64,000 nucleotides of DNA from Desulfatiglandales bacterium (lineage in GTDB: Bacteria; Desulfobacterota; DSM-4660; Desulfatiglandales; HGW-15), in the NCBI GenBank assembly GCA_963667015.2, contig CAXXJJ010000004.1, positions 3,552,001 to 3,616,000 on the forward strand, in the 5' to 3' direction. Positions 8,742 to 17,510 of the stretch are shown here, piece after piece; position 1 is the stretch's first letter; each line of letters starts with the position of its first letter. The notes beneath the pieces were generated by a model. It saw only the letters and a program-made list of their open reading frames with translations. It was not told the origin of the DNA and ran no database searches. The position numbers and the translations under genes are program-made.

Positions 8742-9956
8742 ATGAATCACAATCCATCTAGAGTGGCTCATGAATTACGTGAACACCTTGCTTCTCATAA
8801 AAGAAATTTAGGCTTTCTTATGGGGGCCGGAACATCAATGTCAATAGGGCTACCAGGAATTGATAAACTTACAGAGTTGGTCGAAAACGCTCTACCTGCA
8901 GATAACTATAAAAAACATTTTAACCAAATCAAATCCGAAATTTCAATTGAATCGCCAAATGTTGAATTGGTTCTGAATCGAATTCGACTGATCAGGGAAC
9001 TATTAAATGATGATAAAAAAAATCTACATAATGGCATTACTGGTGAGAATATTAAAGATCTTGATCGTGAAGTTTGCATAGCAATTCATGGAGCTGTCAA
9101 TACCATAAAAATAGAAAATTCTATTCCCCATGAATTGTTATCCCAGTGGCTACATTCCTCATATGCACGCCGAAGTACACCAGTCGAAATATTTACTACT
9201 AATTATGATTTGCTATTTGAAAAAGCGATGGAAAAAGCCTCAGTTCCATATTTCGATGGTTTTATTGGAAGTGTAAATCCTTTCTTCTCGCCAGAATCAG
9301 TAGATGCAGATAGCAAGAAAAGGCATTCTGAATTTTGCCCACCCACTGCATGGACAAGATTGTGGAAATTACATGGTTCAATAAACTGGTTTTTACGACC
9401 TGAAGATGGAGATAAAAATAAAAAAATTACAAGAAGCTCTGGTGGAAATGAGTGTTCAGGGCAAGAGTTAATGATCTTCCCATCAAGAGATAAATACCTA
9501 GAATCTAGGAAATTACCCTTTATCGCATTTCAGGATAGATTTAGAAAATTCCTTAATACCGGAGAAGCAGTTTTATTTATTCTAGGTTATAGTTTTTCAG
9601 ATGAACACATTAATGAAATAATTTTTCAAGCTTTGAGAAGCAATAGTCGGCTTGCAGTAAACGCATTGATTTTTGGAGAAAAAGAGGGTGGAGAGTTGAA
9701 ATTGCCAGAAGGAATAGCAAACTATGCTAAAGAATATAGAAATCTTAGTATTTATGGCCCTGACAAGGCGGTAATCGGTGGTGTTAATGGTAACTGGGAT
9801 AATGAAGTAAGTGGCCCCAATATTGAATCTTACTGGAAAGAAAATTTATTTACTTTAGTAGATTTTAAAGCATTTTGCCAATACCTTGAAAAATATGTTG
9901 GATTTGGCATTAAAGCTTTTGAAAATGTTTCTGAAGATGATTCATTGAAAGGTTAA
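8742..9956 (+). CDS. SIR2-family NADase (Sir2-HerA effector)
   Basis: FLMGAGTS, FTTNYDLLFE, LWKLHGSINW, GYSFSDEHIN. Confidence 0.92.
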   Translation: MNHNPSRVAHELREHLASHKRNLGFLMGAGTSMSIGLPGIDKLTELVENALPADNYKKHFNQIKSEISIESPNVELVLNRIRLIRELLNDDKKNLHNGITGENIKDLDREVCIAIHGAVNTIKIENSIPHELLSQWLHSSYARRSTPVEIFTTNYDLLFEKAMEKASVPYFDGFIGSVNPFFSPESVDADSKKRHSEFCPPTAWTRLWKLHGSINWFLRPEDGDKNKKITRSSGGNECSGQELMIFPSRDKYLESRKLPFIAFQDRFRKFLNTGEAVLFILGYSFSDEHINEIIFQALRSNSRLAVNALIFGEKEGGELKLPEGIANYAKEYRNLSIYGPDKAVIGGVNGNWDNEVSGPNIESYWKENLFTLVDFKAFCQYLEKYVGFGIKAFENVSEDDSLKG

Positions 9957-9960
9957 ATAT

Positions 9961-11754
9961 ATGCCAACAGATGTAACATATCTTGGGCAAGTTCGCAAAG
10001 TGACAGGGGCTAAAGTCTTAGTTGAAATTACAGCTGATATCCCATCAGCTAATCCTATAATAAATGGACGTGTTCATAGATTGGGTCAAATTGGCTCATT
10101 CGTTAGAATTCCTGTTGGATATTTGAATCTCTATGGCATCGTTTCTATGGTTGGCGTTATCGATGATTTACAACAAAAAGAAAATGCACTTGACTCAAAT
10201 TATTTTGGTAATCGTTGGATAGAGGTGCAACTTGTAGGAGAAGCATATGCAAATGAAGTCTTTCAGCGTGGAGTAAGTGTTTTCCCTACAATTGAAGATG
10301 AGGTCCATATTGTTACAGAAGAAGATTTAGCCACTATCTATGCCCCTTCTGGTACATCTTCTATTAGTATTGGTACACTTGCCGCCTCTGAAAGTCTCAA
10401 AGCATACATTAGTATTGATAAACTTGTTACCCGGCATTGTGCAATTGTAGGATCAACAGGTAGTGGTAAGTCTAACACAGTAGCTGCATTATTGAAATCA
10501 TTGACTCTAGGTAACTTCCCAAATTCCCAAATCATTGTAATCGATCCACATGGTGAATATGGTGCGGCTTTAAAAGATTATGCGAAGGTTTTTTCAATTG
10601 GAGATCCAACGAATCCTCTAATTGTACCTTATTGGGCTTTGTCTTTTGATGAAATGGCCTGGTTTATTGCAGACAAGAAAAAAGCTTCTGAAACAGTACA
10701 AGATTTACGTTTTCGAGAGATGATCTATGAGCTTAAAAAACAAAAATGCAAAAAACTCAAAGCTGGAATAGTAGATGAGAATTCCATTACTTCAAATTCT
10801 CCAATTCCTTTTTCCTTAAAAGAGATATGGTATAATTTAGATAGAGAACTAAGAGTAACATATAGAGACAATGCACGGACTGAAGAAGCACTAATAAGAG
10901 AAGGTGATCCAGAGAAATTAGAACCAGCGTCTTTTGAGCCGCATGGACCCGGCGGAACACCACCCCATAAACCATTACAGGGTTCACTTATGGGTGGCTA
11001 TGTTAATAGAATAATAAGTCGCCTTAAAGATAAACGATTTGATTTTCTTCTGAATCCAAAAGAATATGATGGAGAGGAGAAAGATCTCCATGACTTACTT
11101 GAGGATTGGGTTGGTCATGATAAACCAATAACGGTTCTTGATTTTGGTGGTGTTCCATCGGATTTAACTGACTTAGTTGTTGGCGTGCTAACAAGGATAC
11201 TCTATGAAGGGATGTATTGGGGAAGTGACACCAAAGGAATAGGACGAAATAGACCTTTATTACTAGTTTTTGAAGAAGCCCATTCATATCTACCCAAAGG
11301 AGGTTCCTCTCAGTTTGTCGAAGGATATGCGTCGCAATCCGTACGAAGGATACTTAAAGAGGGTCGTAAATATGGTATAGGAGCTATTGTTGTAAGTCAA
11401 AGGCCATCAGAATTAGATGAAACGATATTGTCACAATGTGGAACCTTTATTTCATTAAGATTAACCAATGCGGTAGATCAAGGCATGATAAAATCAACCG
11501 TTCCTGACACACTTGCGAGTATCGCTGAATTGTTGCCCGCTCTACGCACAGGTGAAGCGGTTGTTGTAGGTGAAGCAACACAAATACCTAGTCGCATTCG
11601 TATTCCTCTGATTGAGCCAAGACCTAAAAGTGATGATCCTAAAGTAGGTTTACGTTGGAGAGAGATTAGAGCAATCAATGTTGAATATAACAAGGTAGTT
11701 ACTGCTTGGCGGAACCAAAACAAAGAAAATATTAATATAGATGAAGGAGAATAA
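9961..11754 (+). CDS. herA: HerA/FtsK-family ATPase
   Basis: N-terminal HAS barrel (GQIGSFVRI), Walker A GSTGSGKS, IDPHGEY, Walker B LLVFEEAH, KEGRKYG, SQRPSEL. Confidence 0.93.
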   Translation: MPTDVTYLGQVRKVTGAKVLVEITADIPSANPIINGRVHRLGQIGSFVRIPVGYLNLYGIVSMVGVIDDLQQKENALDSNYFGNRWIEVQLVGEAYANEVFQRGVSVFPTIEDEVHIVTEEDLATIYAPSGTSSISIGTLAASESLKAYISIDKLVTRHCAIVGSTGSGKSNTVAALLKSLTLGNFPNSQIIVIDPHGEYGAALKDYAKVFSIGDPTNPLIVPYWALSFDEMAWFIADKKKASETVQDLRFREMIYELKKQKCKKLKAGIVDENSITSNSPIPFSLKEIWYNLDRELRVTYRDNARTEEALIREGDPEKLEPASFEPHGPGGTPPHKPLQGSLMGGYVNRIISRLKDKRFDFLLNPKEYDGEEKDLHDLLEDWVGHDKPITVLDFGGVPSDLTDLVVGVLTRILYEGMYWGSDTKGIGRNRPLLLVFEEAHSYLPKGGSSQFVEGYASQSVRRILKEGRKYGIGAIVVSQRPSELDETILSQCGTFISLRLTNAVDQGMIKSTVPDTLASIAELLPALRTGEAVVVGEATQIPSRIRIPLIEPRPKSDDPKVGLRWREIRAINVEYNKVVTAWRNQNKENINIDEGE

Positions 11755-11756
11755 AA

Positions 11757-11972
11757 ATGGAAAGAACACCTGTATCATCCAGTAATTTAGCGTCTGTAGG
11801 TTATGATGTGAGTAGTGCTACATTAGAGGTTGAATTTAATTATGGAGGTATTTATCAATACAGCGGTGTCCCGGAGGATGTTTATCAGGGACTTATGAAT
11901 GCATCCTCTCATGGAAAATACTTTGATCAATTTGTAAAGAAAGCGGGATATCCTTATATAAAAATCGGATAA
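11757..11972 (+). CDS. KTSC domain protein
   Basis: VSSSNLASVGYD...LEVEF..GGIYQYSGVP..VYQGLMNASSHGKYF. Starts 2 nt after the herA stop with a GGAGA RBS. Confidence 0.92.
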   Translation: MERTPVSSSNLASVGYDVSSATLEVEFNYGGIYQYSGVPEDVYQGLMNASSHGKYFDQFVKKAGYPYIKIG

Positions 11973-11993
11973 AAAATAAAAGGAAGCCATGCA

Positions 11994-12317
11994 ATGAGTG
12001 GTAAGTTGATTTTTATAGATGCCAATGTGTATTTACGTTTTTATGACACTTCCAGTCGTAAATTTAAATCACTTCTCAAGTCTATTGTTGAAATTAGAGA
12101 AAAGATTTTTATTACAGACCAGATTCGTGACGAAGTGAATAGAAATAAATTGCAGGTAGCAATAAATAGTTTTTCTGCTAATTTTAAAGAGCTTGGCATA
12201 AAAAAAAGGCCACTTCCTGAACATTTTGATGAATATTTTGACAAGAAATTATCGAAATGGAATAAAAAAAGGGACGCGCTGACCGGGACGTCCTTTAATA
12301 ATCAATTAACTCCTTAA
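11994..12317 (+). pseudogene. Truncated PIN-like (DUF4935-type) protein
   Basis: LIFIDANVYLRFY...FITDQIRDEVNRN PIN start. Sequence changes character at about 12270 (GGGACGCG...GGGACGTCC) and the later PIN acidic motifs are absent. Confidence 0.65.
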
Positions 12318-12449
12318 GAGCTGTAATATCAAGGCTCTTGAAACTTATTACATATCAGTGCAACCAGGTTTATTCAATTTACCGGAAGAGCGGGGAAAGA
12401 CAAGTCCTTTAATAAAGAAATCAAAAAAATCGGAATCCCGGATGAAAGG

Positions 12450-12732
12450 CAACGGGTCAAGTCTCCTATTAGCTCTTATTATTTTTCTATATTCTTATAA
12501 ACACTAACAGCTATTCAGAGACTCCCCATCTACTATCCTATTGATTGTTTACCAGGATGGATTAATCCTATTTGGGGAAATAGGAAATATTTCCGGAATC
12601 CCCAGATAGAAAAATATTATCAAAAACCGGGCAGACAGCCGTCTTCGTCAAGGCTACGTCGTGCCAGGTATAAGGTCTGCCCCTACATTACATAACAATG
12701 GACAACGGGTCAAATCTCCGATTAGCTCTTGT
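12450..12732 (+). repeat. Direct repeat pair CAACGGGTCAARTCTCCKATTAGCTCTT
   Basis: Copies at about 12450 and 12703, identical at 26/28. Confidence 0.8.
12629..12686. repeat. GTAG-type REP half with a nested second repeat
   Basis: GGGCAGACA[GCCGTCTTCGTCAAGGCTACGTCGTGCCAGG]TATAAGGTCTGCCCCTAC; flanks match the REP at 30441-30466. Confidence 0.65.
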
Positions 12733-12751
12733 TTATTTAAAAAAAAGCAAA

Positions 12752-12805
12752 AATTGAAAATGGCTCCGATTCTGCCTTAATTGAAAATGGCTCCGATTCT
12801 GCCTT
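12752..12805. repeat. Perfect 27-bp tandem duplication
   Basis: AATTGAAAATGGCTCCGATTCTGCCTT twice. Confidence 0.95.
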
Positions 12806-12870
12806 CGGGAGCTGGATAAGCTTATCTCATTGTTTTACATCATTAAAGGTTTTGCTTTCTGGATAAGTGC

Positions 12871-13953
12871 ATGATAAAAAAACACATTTTTTTACCAAAA
12901 AAATCGGCACACTTTAAAGAAATGTTAAATAAAAATAATAGGGAAATATTAAGAGATTTGATGGTACAAGTTTTAACAAATGCCGACGGTGTCGATGCGT
13001 TAAAATTTCGAGCCAACCATGAGAATTGTCTGGCAATCATCGATGAGTTGGAAGAAAGGAACTACATCGAAAGAAAAGATAATAAGTATAATATTAAATT
13101 ACTTGCTTTAGCAGAATTTAAAAATGAAGATCAACCGGCTGAAAGCATACTAAATAATTGTTCTATTATTTTTTCAGAATTGCGTAAAATGTATAAACAA
13201 TCTCCCGGTGTAACTTTTCGATTATATCAACTATCAAGAACGATAAAACTCCCAAATGACCAAGTGAGGAAAGCATTAGTATATTTAATTCAGGCACCTA
13301 TATGGAGTAGTTACACGTCTGATTTATTAAACGAGCCTGTGATATGGTTATCACCAAGTGAAAGTATCTTGAAATATAATACTTTTGATGAGGTTATATC
13401 TCAACTTCGTCAATGGTCCTCAGCTACTTATACTCGTTCGAAAAACTATTCATCGACAAAAAAACTAGATAATAAAATGAAAGAATCTGAATTGGAGATA
13501 CTAGCTTCATATATTAAACCAAGTGAAGTATGGGCTAATATAGAAAAAGACTACGATATAACAAAACGTATGTTTGGGAAAAAGATTCACTTTGTTAACG
13601 ATAATTATAAAAGGAAAATTATTTTCAGAGATATTGAACATGCGTTTGTACTAGCAAATCTCGGTTTTTCCAAACCAGCTGTTATTTTAACTGGCAGCAT
13701 TATTGAAGAATTATTAAATCTATATTTACAGTACAAAAAAATAAAACCTAAGGGGGATACTTTCAATTCTTATATCAAAGCTTGCGAATTTCACGGACTT
13801 CTCAAATTTGCAATACATAGACTCACAGATTCGATCAGATCTTTTCGGAATCTTGTACACCTATCAAATGAAAATTCCAGAAATGATACAATATCCAAAG
13901 CGACCGCAAAAGCAGCTTTTTCTTCTATTTTTATAATAGTCAATGATTTTTAA
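12871..13953 (+). CDS. Hypothetical protein with a C-terminal HEPN-like (DUF4145-like) domain
   Basis: AVILTGSIIEELL...IRSFRNLVH fits the HEPN R-x4-6-H motif. Alternative start at 12922. Confidence 0.65.
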   Translation: MIKKHIFLPKKSAHFKEMLNKNNREILRDLMVQVLTNADGVDALKFRANHENCLAIIDELEERNYIERKDNKYNIKLLALAEFKNEDQPAESILNNCSIIFSELRKMYKQSPGVTFRLYQLSRTIKLPNDQVRKALVYLIQAPIWSSYTSDLLNEPVIWLSPSESILKYNTFDEVISQLRQWSSATYTRSKNYSSTKKLDNKMKESELEILASYIKPSEVWANIEKDYDITKRMFGKKIHFVNDNYKRKIIFRDIEHAFVLANLGFSKPAVILTGSIIEELLNLYLQYKKIKPKGDTFNSYIKACEFHGLLKFAIHRLTDSIRSFRNLVHLSNENSRNDTISKATAKAAFSSIFIIVNDF

Positions 13954-14361
13954 TCTAAAGAAAATAAAGAGCCATGAACAGACCGGGGTAAGTCCTTGAC
14001 ATTTACACTTTTTCTCCTGAGCGTGGTACTATAGCAAGTGCTGACCACTGATCATCTGCATTAAATGCCTCAAGATCCTGGGTGGAATAATCGCCATTTA
14101 TCGGAAATGCTCATGTTGGCAACTCCGATAAATAGAAAAATGATTTTATAAAACATGCGTAATAAAAAGCATTTATCCAATTTTACAGGTGATAAATAGC
14201 AGTAAAAAATATTAATCCGGACCATAAAATCCATATTTGGCGAAAATGGCGATGTCGCCAAATCCGCCAAATAGAAAAAACAGAACAGTACACTTTTCAC
14301 ACAAGGTCCATTATTTTTCCCCTATAAGGCAGTAGGGAACGTAGGTAAAAAGGTAAAATCT

Positions 14362-14387
14362 CCTGTTCCATAAATTTATGGAACAGG
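14362..14387. repeat. Perfect 26-bp palindrome
   Basis: CCTGTTCCATAAATTTATGGAACAGG, downstream of convergent genes. Confidence 0.85.
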
Positions 14388-14472
14388 CAGGAAATTTATC
14401 CAAAAAAAATAGATCTTGCAGGAAAAAACCGGCCCTTGACATTGACACTAAAGAAGGGGATAAAATCTTTGA

Positions 14473-14925
14473 CTAACGATCTGATAATTTTTTCTCTTTG
14501 ATCTTTTTAAGGAATTTAAGGTCTTCTTTGTCTTTCCCTCTGCCGGCGGCTTCTTTCATCCTGATCAAATCATCCAATGATGCGAAATAGCAGGAGACGT
14601 CACCAATTTTACCTGGCACCTTGTTATTCCATATTTCTTCAACTGCAACGCCTTTAACAAAAGGGTGGATATCTGTTTCCAGAATGTATTGCCTGATAAG
14701 GATTTTTTTTGAAAGGATGTCTGAGACAGAAACTTCATCCATATCATAACCAAAATTTTTTAAAGCAAGGAGGGTATTTTTAGCATTTTCTTCAGTAGGC
14801 TTGATGAGTATATCAATATCAAGGGTGGCTCTTGAATATCCATGAATAGGAAAAGCCGTTGCACCAATTATGACATAATCAACTTCATGCTCGTTTAATG
14901 ATTTCAGGAGTTTTTCTGTGTCCAT
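14473..14925 (-). CDS. Nucleotidyltransferase (minimal NTase fold), putative TA component
   Basis: YVIIGATAFPIHGYSRATLDIDILI...LIRMKEAAGRGKDKEDL. Likely start MDTEKLL at 14925. Confidence 0.85.
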   Translation of the reverse strand: MDTEKLLKSLNEHEVDYVIIGATAFPIHGYSRATLDIDILIKPTEENAKNTLLALKNFGYDMDEVSVSDILSKKILIRQYILETDIHPFVKGVAVEEIWNNKVPGKIGDVSCYFASLDDLIRMKEAAGRGKDKEDLKFLKKIKEKKLSDR

Positions 14926-15070
14926 TTTTTTCCAGCATTTCCGCAAGCTCTTTTGATCTCAAAAACATCATATGAAATCTTTGTTCAGAAGTCAGAGAAA
15001 GTAGATAATCAACTTCAAAATCTATTTCCTTTTCTTCATCATCTGAATCTATCTTTAATATTGGAGACAT
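14885..15070 (-). CDS. Small partner protein of the nucleotidyltransferase
   Basis: 61 aa (YLLSLTSEQRF), overlaps the NTase start. Confidence 0.7.
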   Translation of the reverse strand: MSPILKIDSDDEEKEIDFEVDYLLSLTSEQRFHMMFLRSKELAEMLEKNGHRKTPEIIKRA

Positions 15071-15364
15071 TTAACAAACCCTTTAAATATTCATAATCTT
15101 TATGAAAACTATATGATTTTATTAGTTAATAGTCAAATTATTGTTTATAGAAGGAGCCAGTTTCAAAACGCCCGATTTTGGGCAATCTCTTCCGGTGACT
15201 GCCTCATATATACGTTTCGCTGTTTTATCAAAAAACTGCCTATGAAAAGCATCGGAGTCTGCCCTTGACATTGGACATATAGCAACTTGTTCCTTTTCCT
15301 ATTAGCCATTACTTTCACTTTATCCTTAATCGTTTTCACAGGTCTTTTAAGAACTGTTACCCCC

Positions 15365-15428
15365 TGACTAATTCGGAGTCGAATCCGAAACAGCCTTGAC
15401 TTTTTCGGATTGCATGTCATAATAGTCA
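15365..15428 (+). promoter_or_regulatory. Promoter with duplicated operator-like motif upstream of the AAA gene
   Basis: TGACTAATTCGGA (15365) and TGACTTTTTCGGA (15397); TTGACT then TGtCATAAT ending 8 nt before the ATG. Confidence 0.5.
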
Positions 15429-15431
15429 GCC

Positions 15432-16565
15432 ATGGAACGATACTTAAAAGAATATGTGCAGGAAGATCTGGATAAAAAAATCATCCTGTTAACAGGCCCG
15501 CGGCAAACCGGAAAAACAATATTATCCAGGATGTTGAAGAGTGAATTTGATTACTTCAACTTTGATAATATTGATGACAGGGTGAGTTTACACGAAAAAT
15601 CCTGGGATCGTTCTAAGCCTCTGATTATTTTCGACGAACTGCATAAACTGAAAAACTGGAAATCCTGGTTAAAAGGCATATATGACACAGAAGGTATTCC
15701 CCCCTCAATTGTCGTTACCGGAAGCGCTAAACTTGATACCTATAAAAAGGTCGGGGATTCTTTAGCCGGAAGATTTTTTCAGTTTAGAATGCACCCTTTG
15801 GACCTGAAAGAAATTAAATCCTTTTTAAAACCTGAGAATCTTGACTCGGAGTTAGATAAACTTCTGCTCCTTGGCGGCTTTCCAGAACCATTTTTAAATG
15901 GAACGCAGCGGTTTTACAATCGCTGGAAAAAATCGCATCTCGATATCATTTTAAAACAGGATCTTATTGACCTCGAAAACGTACAGCAGATAACGCAAAT
16001 TGAAACCCTTATTCAGATGTTGAAACTTCGGGTAGGCAGCCCGATTTCATACAGTTCTCTTGCGCAGGATCTACAATGCTCAGATAAAACAGTAAAAAGA
16101 TGGCTGACAATACTTGAAAACATGTATGTTATTTTTAAAGTTCCTCCTTTTCATAAAAATATAGCCAGGGCTATACAGAAGGCACCAAAATATTATTTTT
16201 ATGATACCGGTCAGGTTTTGGGAGACTCCGGTATTAAGCTTGAAAATGCTGTTGCATGTGCTATTCACAAGGAAATACATTTTCGGGAGGATTGTTTTGG
16301 AGAGGAAAGAACCTTGTTTTATGTAAAAAATAAGGAAGGAAAAGAAATTGATTTTTGTGTCGCATCAAATAACATTCCTTCATTACTATTAGAAGTGAAA
16401 TGGAATGATAATAGCCTGAGCCCAAACTTTAAACAATTTAGAAATTTTTTTTCCGATGTTAAAATGGTCCAAATCTCGAAAACACTGAATAGAGAAAAGA
16501 CTTTCCCTGGAGGAGAGGAACTCAGGAATGCATCCAAATGGCTCGCAAAACTTTCGCTTCCATAA
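15432..16565 (+). CDS. AAA_14 ATPase with DUF4143 and a C-terminal PD-(D/E)XK-like domain
   Basis: GPRQTGKT, IIFDELH, SLAGR, GGFPE, KYYFYDTG, KEIDF...LEVK. Confidence 0.92.
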   Translation: MERYLKEYVQEDLDKKIILLTGPRQTGKTILSRMLKSEFDYFNFDNIDDRVSLHEKSWDRSKPLIIFDELHKLKNWKSWLKGIYDTEGIPPSIVVTGSAKLDTYKKVGDSLAGRFFQFRMHPLDLKEIKSFLKPENLDSELDKLLLLGGFPEPFLNGTQRFYNRWKKSHLDIILKQDLIDLENVQQITQIETLIQMLKLRVGSPISYSSLAQDLQCSDKTVKRWLTILENMYVIFKVPPFHKNIARAIQKAPKYYFYDTGQVLGDSGIKLENAVACAIHKEIHFREDCFGEERTLFYVKNKEGKEIDFCVASNNIPSLLLEVKWNDNSLSPNFKQFRNFFSDVKMVQISKTLNREKTFPGGEELRNASKWLAKLSLP

Positions 16566-16667
16566 ACTATTTACTTAGTAGCTATATTTTTATGAAACGA
16601 TAAATCAAGTTATTTTATATGGGTGTCTGCTCTTTTTCGACTTGCATCCTGCCTCTTTTAAAAGATA

Positions 16668-16772
16668 CTAAAAGGTGAAATCTGCCTCAACTACAGCTTT
16701 CTTTGTCTTTAAATCAGACAGTTGCAATGCCTCATTCATTAAGCTGTCATCGATTATTATGTTTGTTCTCAC
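16668..16772 (-). pseudogene. Truncated VapB-family antitoxin
   Basis: GTG start with AGGAGG RBS: MRTNIIIDDSLMNEALQLSDLKTKKAVVEADFTF*. Stops early, no toxin partner follows. Confidence 0.7.
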
Positions 16773-16910
16773 AACAGCCTCCTTTGTGTATACATTGACT
16801 TAATTATACACATTCGAAAGGGAATGAAAAGCAAGCAAACAAAGGGGTAAAAAAATTAAAGAAAGATTTAAAGCAAAGATTTCTCAGTTACACTTCGAAA
16901 TGACAGGATG

Positions 16911-16983
16911 AAAAACAGGCTGAAGCGTTTTAGTCTGTAGGCTGTTAGGGGAAAGAAAAAACAGAGATCAGAAATCAGAGGTC
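16911..16983. repeat. Inverted copy of the 3781-3855 repeat
   Basis: CAGGCTGAAGCGTTTTAGTCTGTAGGCTGTTAGGG followed by CAGA repeats. Confidence 0.8.
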
Positions 16984-17095
16984 CTTATGAATTCTGCCTC
17001 TTCTTCCGAATGAAAATAATAATTCATTGACATATTTCAATTTCGTTGAGTAAAACATCTCAACTATTATGCGTCGGGATGATCAGGAGTATACA

Positions 17096-17302
17096 ATGAA
17101 CATAGAAGATAGAATTATAGGGCTTGAAATTAAAGTTACCTATCAGGAAGATACAATTTCGCAATTGAATGATGTAATTTATTCTCAACAAAAGACTATT
17201 GATACTCTTGTATCCCGTTTATCACAAATGGAATTTGTTCTTGAAAGAGTTATGGAGTCAGGCCTCAGGGATATTTCAAAGGAACCTCCGCCACATTACT
17301 AA
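17096..17302 (+). CDS. slyX: SlyX family protein
   Basis: RIIGLEIKVTYQEDTISQLNDVI..QQ...EPPPHY; RBS CAGGAG before ATG 17096. Confidence 0.92.
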   Translation: MNIEDRIIGLEIKVTYQEDTISQLNDVIYSQQKTIDTLVSRLSQMEFVLERVMESGLRDISKEPPPHY

Positions 17303-17365
17303 GGGAAAATAAGGGTCGTAGGTAAAAAGATTGTAGCATGGAGCATCGGGAGCATCCAGCATCGG

Positions 17366-17447
17366 GTCAAACCGGGCTAACTCATTGGAATCAATCCATA
17401 TACTTTATTAAATGACTTGTTTTTAGTCATTATATCGCTGTTTTCAG
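17366..17447 (+). repeat. 82-bp direct repeat, copy 1
   Basis: Ungapped match to 18884-18965 at 67/82 (manual count). Confidence 0.88.
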
Positions 17448-17510
17448 TCGTAAAAAGGGGCATATAAGAAAAGAAGGATATATTTTATAGAGTAATGGCA
17501 TCGTATATTA

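Noticed and set aside
14070..14300. 76-aa minus-strand ORF
   Set aside because: No RBS or family motif; lies in hairpin-rich spacer DNA.
15163..15420. 85-aa minus-strand ORF
   Set aside because: Overlaps the AAA promoter and repeat motifs; no recognisable domain.
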